Shown here: piece by piece, positions 31,723-32,000 of the stretch
Layout: each line of letters opens with the position of its first letter
Position numbering within the stretch: position 1 is the stretch's first letter
Assembly (NCBI RefSeq): GCF_000018105.1
Contig: NC_009925.1
Coordinates: 5,850,001-5,882,000, forward strand
Source: Acaryochloris marina MBIC11017
Lineage (GTDB): Bacteria; Cyanobacteriota; Cyanobacteriia; Thermosynechococcales; Thermosynechococcaceae
Length of the DNA stretch: 32,000 nucleotides
Direction of reading: 5' to 3'
Made by a program: the position numbers and the translations under genes
The notes under the pieces: model-generated
Told to the model about the DNA's origin: nothing
The model's input: only the letters and a program-made list of their open reading frames with translations
The model's database searches: none

Positions 31723-32000
31723 TGGTTTCGGTTGGGGTGTTTATAGATTTAAGATGGCACCAAGCCGCAGGCGGGCATGTCAAATGCTGGGAATCCTTTG
31801 CCAAAGCCGCAGCCACATTACCGGAAGAGCTAACACTAAGTCTGCATTTTTTAGGGGATCAAGAACAGGTTATCGAACTCGCTCCCAATGTTCGCTACAT
31901 TTTGCATCCACCCCGGTTTAGTACTGAACGTCTGACCTTCCTGAAAGATGTTCCTGGACATACGGATATTGCCCCCTCGAATCCTTCTCTGATTCCCTAT
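31723..32000 (+). CDS. putative glycosyltransferase (GT-B/GT4-like N-terminal domain); 3' end outside the window
   Basis: It is not in the ORF track because it runs off the edge. ATG at 31723, and the frame is open for 92 codons to nt 32000: MVSVGVFIDLRWHQAAGGHVKCWESFAKAAATLPEELTLSLHFLGDQEQVIELAPNVRYILHPPRFSTERLTFLKDVPGHTDIAPSNPSLIPY. The GGHVK..W...A pattern resembles N-termini of group-1 glycosyltransferases. It is divergent from hpnJ. Confidence 0.5.

Noticed and set aside
31715-31921. 68-aa + strand ORF from the track (MRYGFGWGVYRFKMAPSRRRACQ...)
   Set aside because: It is Arg/Cys-rich and implausible. The neighbouring frame starting at 31723 gives a sensible glycosyltransferase-like sequence that stays open to the window edge.
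1-32000. Search for CRISPR arrays, rRNA/tRNA genes, integrases/transposases, and toxin-antitoxin or known defence gene pairs
   Set aside because: I saw no regularly spaced direct repeats, no tRNA cloverleaf or rRNA signatures, no recombinase or transposase motifs, and no recognisable defence-system proteins on either strand.

Overview
This is a cyanobacterial chromosomal window, judged from nine copies of the HIP1 octamer GCGATCGC, a ccmK carboxysome-shell paralog, and purH, mraY, gloB and hisF. It has three parts. (1) nt 1 to about 8250 is a strongly AT-rich, HIP1-free surface-polysaccharide cluster. My hand counts of single 60-nt lines give 12/60 and 17/60 G+C here, against 36/60 at nt 10681. 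The cluster holds two paralogous GT-B glycosyltransferases, a Wzx-like flippase, an SDR epimerase/dehydratase, a third putative glycosyltransferase, two SAM methyltransferases and a convergent GT2 glycosyltransferase. The GT2 gene itself switches composition near nt 8200-8300. (2) nt ~9380-24950 holds ordinary core genes: an orphan ccmK-like BMC-H gene, purH, a cytochrome P450, a DUF4434-like protein, a membrane-anchored EEP-family protein, a Ser/Thr kinase with a C-terminal membrane domain, DUF72, an ABC-F ATPase, a small acidic protein, mraY, gloB, a secreted parallel beta-helix protein, hisF and a small membrane protein. (3) nt 24950-32000 starts with a ~1.07 kb gene-poor, patchy AT-rich gap containing a 46-codon TM-peptide ORF, a long inverted repeat and a strong terminator. 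A tightly packed minus-strand operon follows: hpnJ / ferritin-like di-iron protein / hpnK / DMT (EamA-like) membrane protein / hpnI. A divergent, edge-truncated glycosyltransferase-like gene ends the window. The best candidate for something undescribed is the pair of uncharacterised genes (di-iron oxidase-like and DMT permease-like) embedded in the hopanoid cyclitol-ether module hpnIJK. I saw no rRNA, tRNA, CRISPR array or intact mobile element. The ORF track misses two edge-truncated genes (1-1005 and 31723-32000) and all ORFs under 60 aa, and several of its starts (TTG/GTG extensions) are probably too far upstream.
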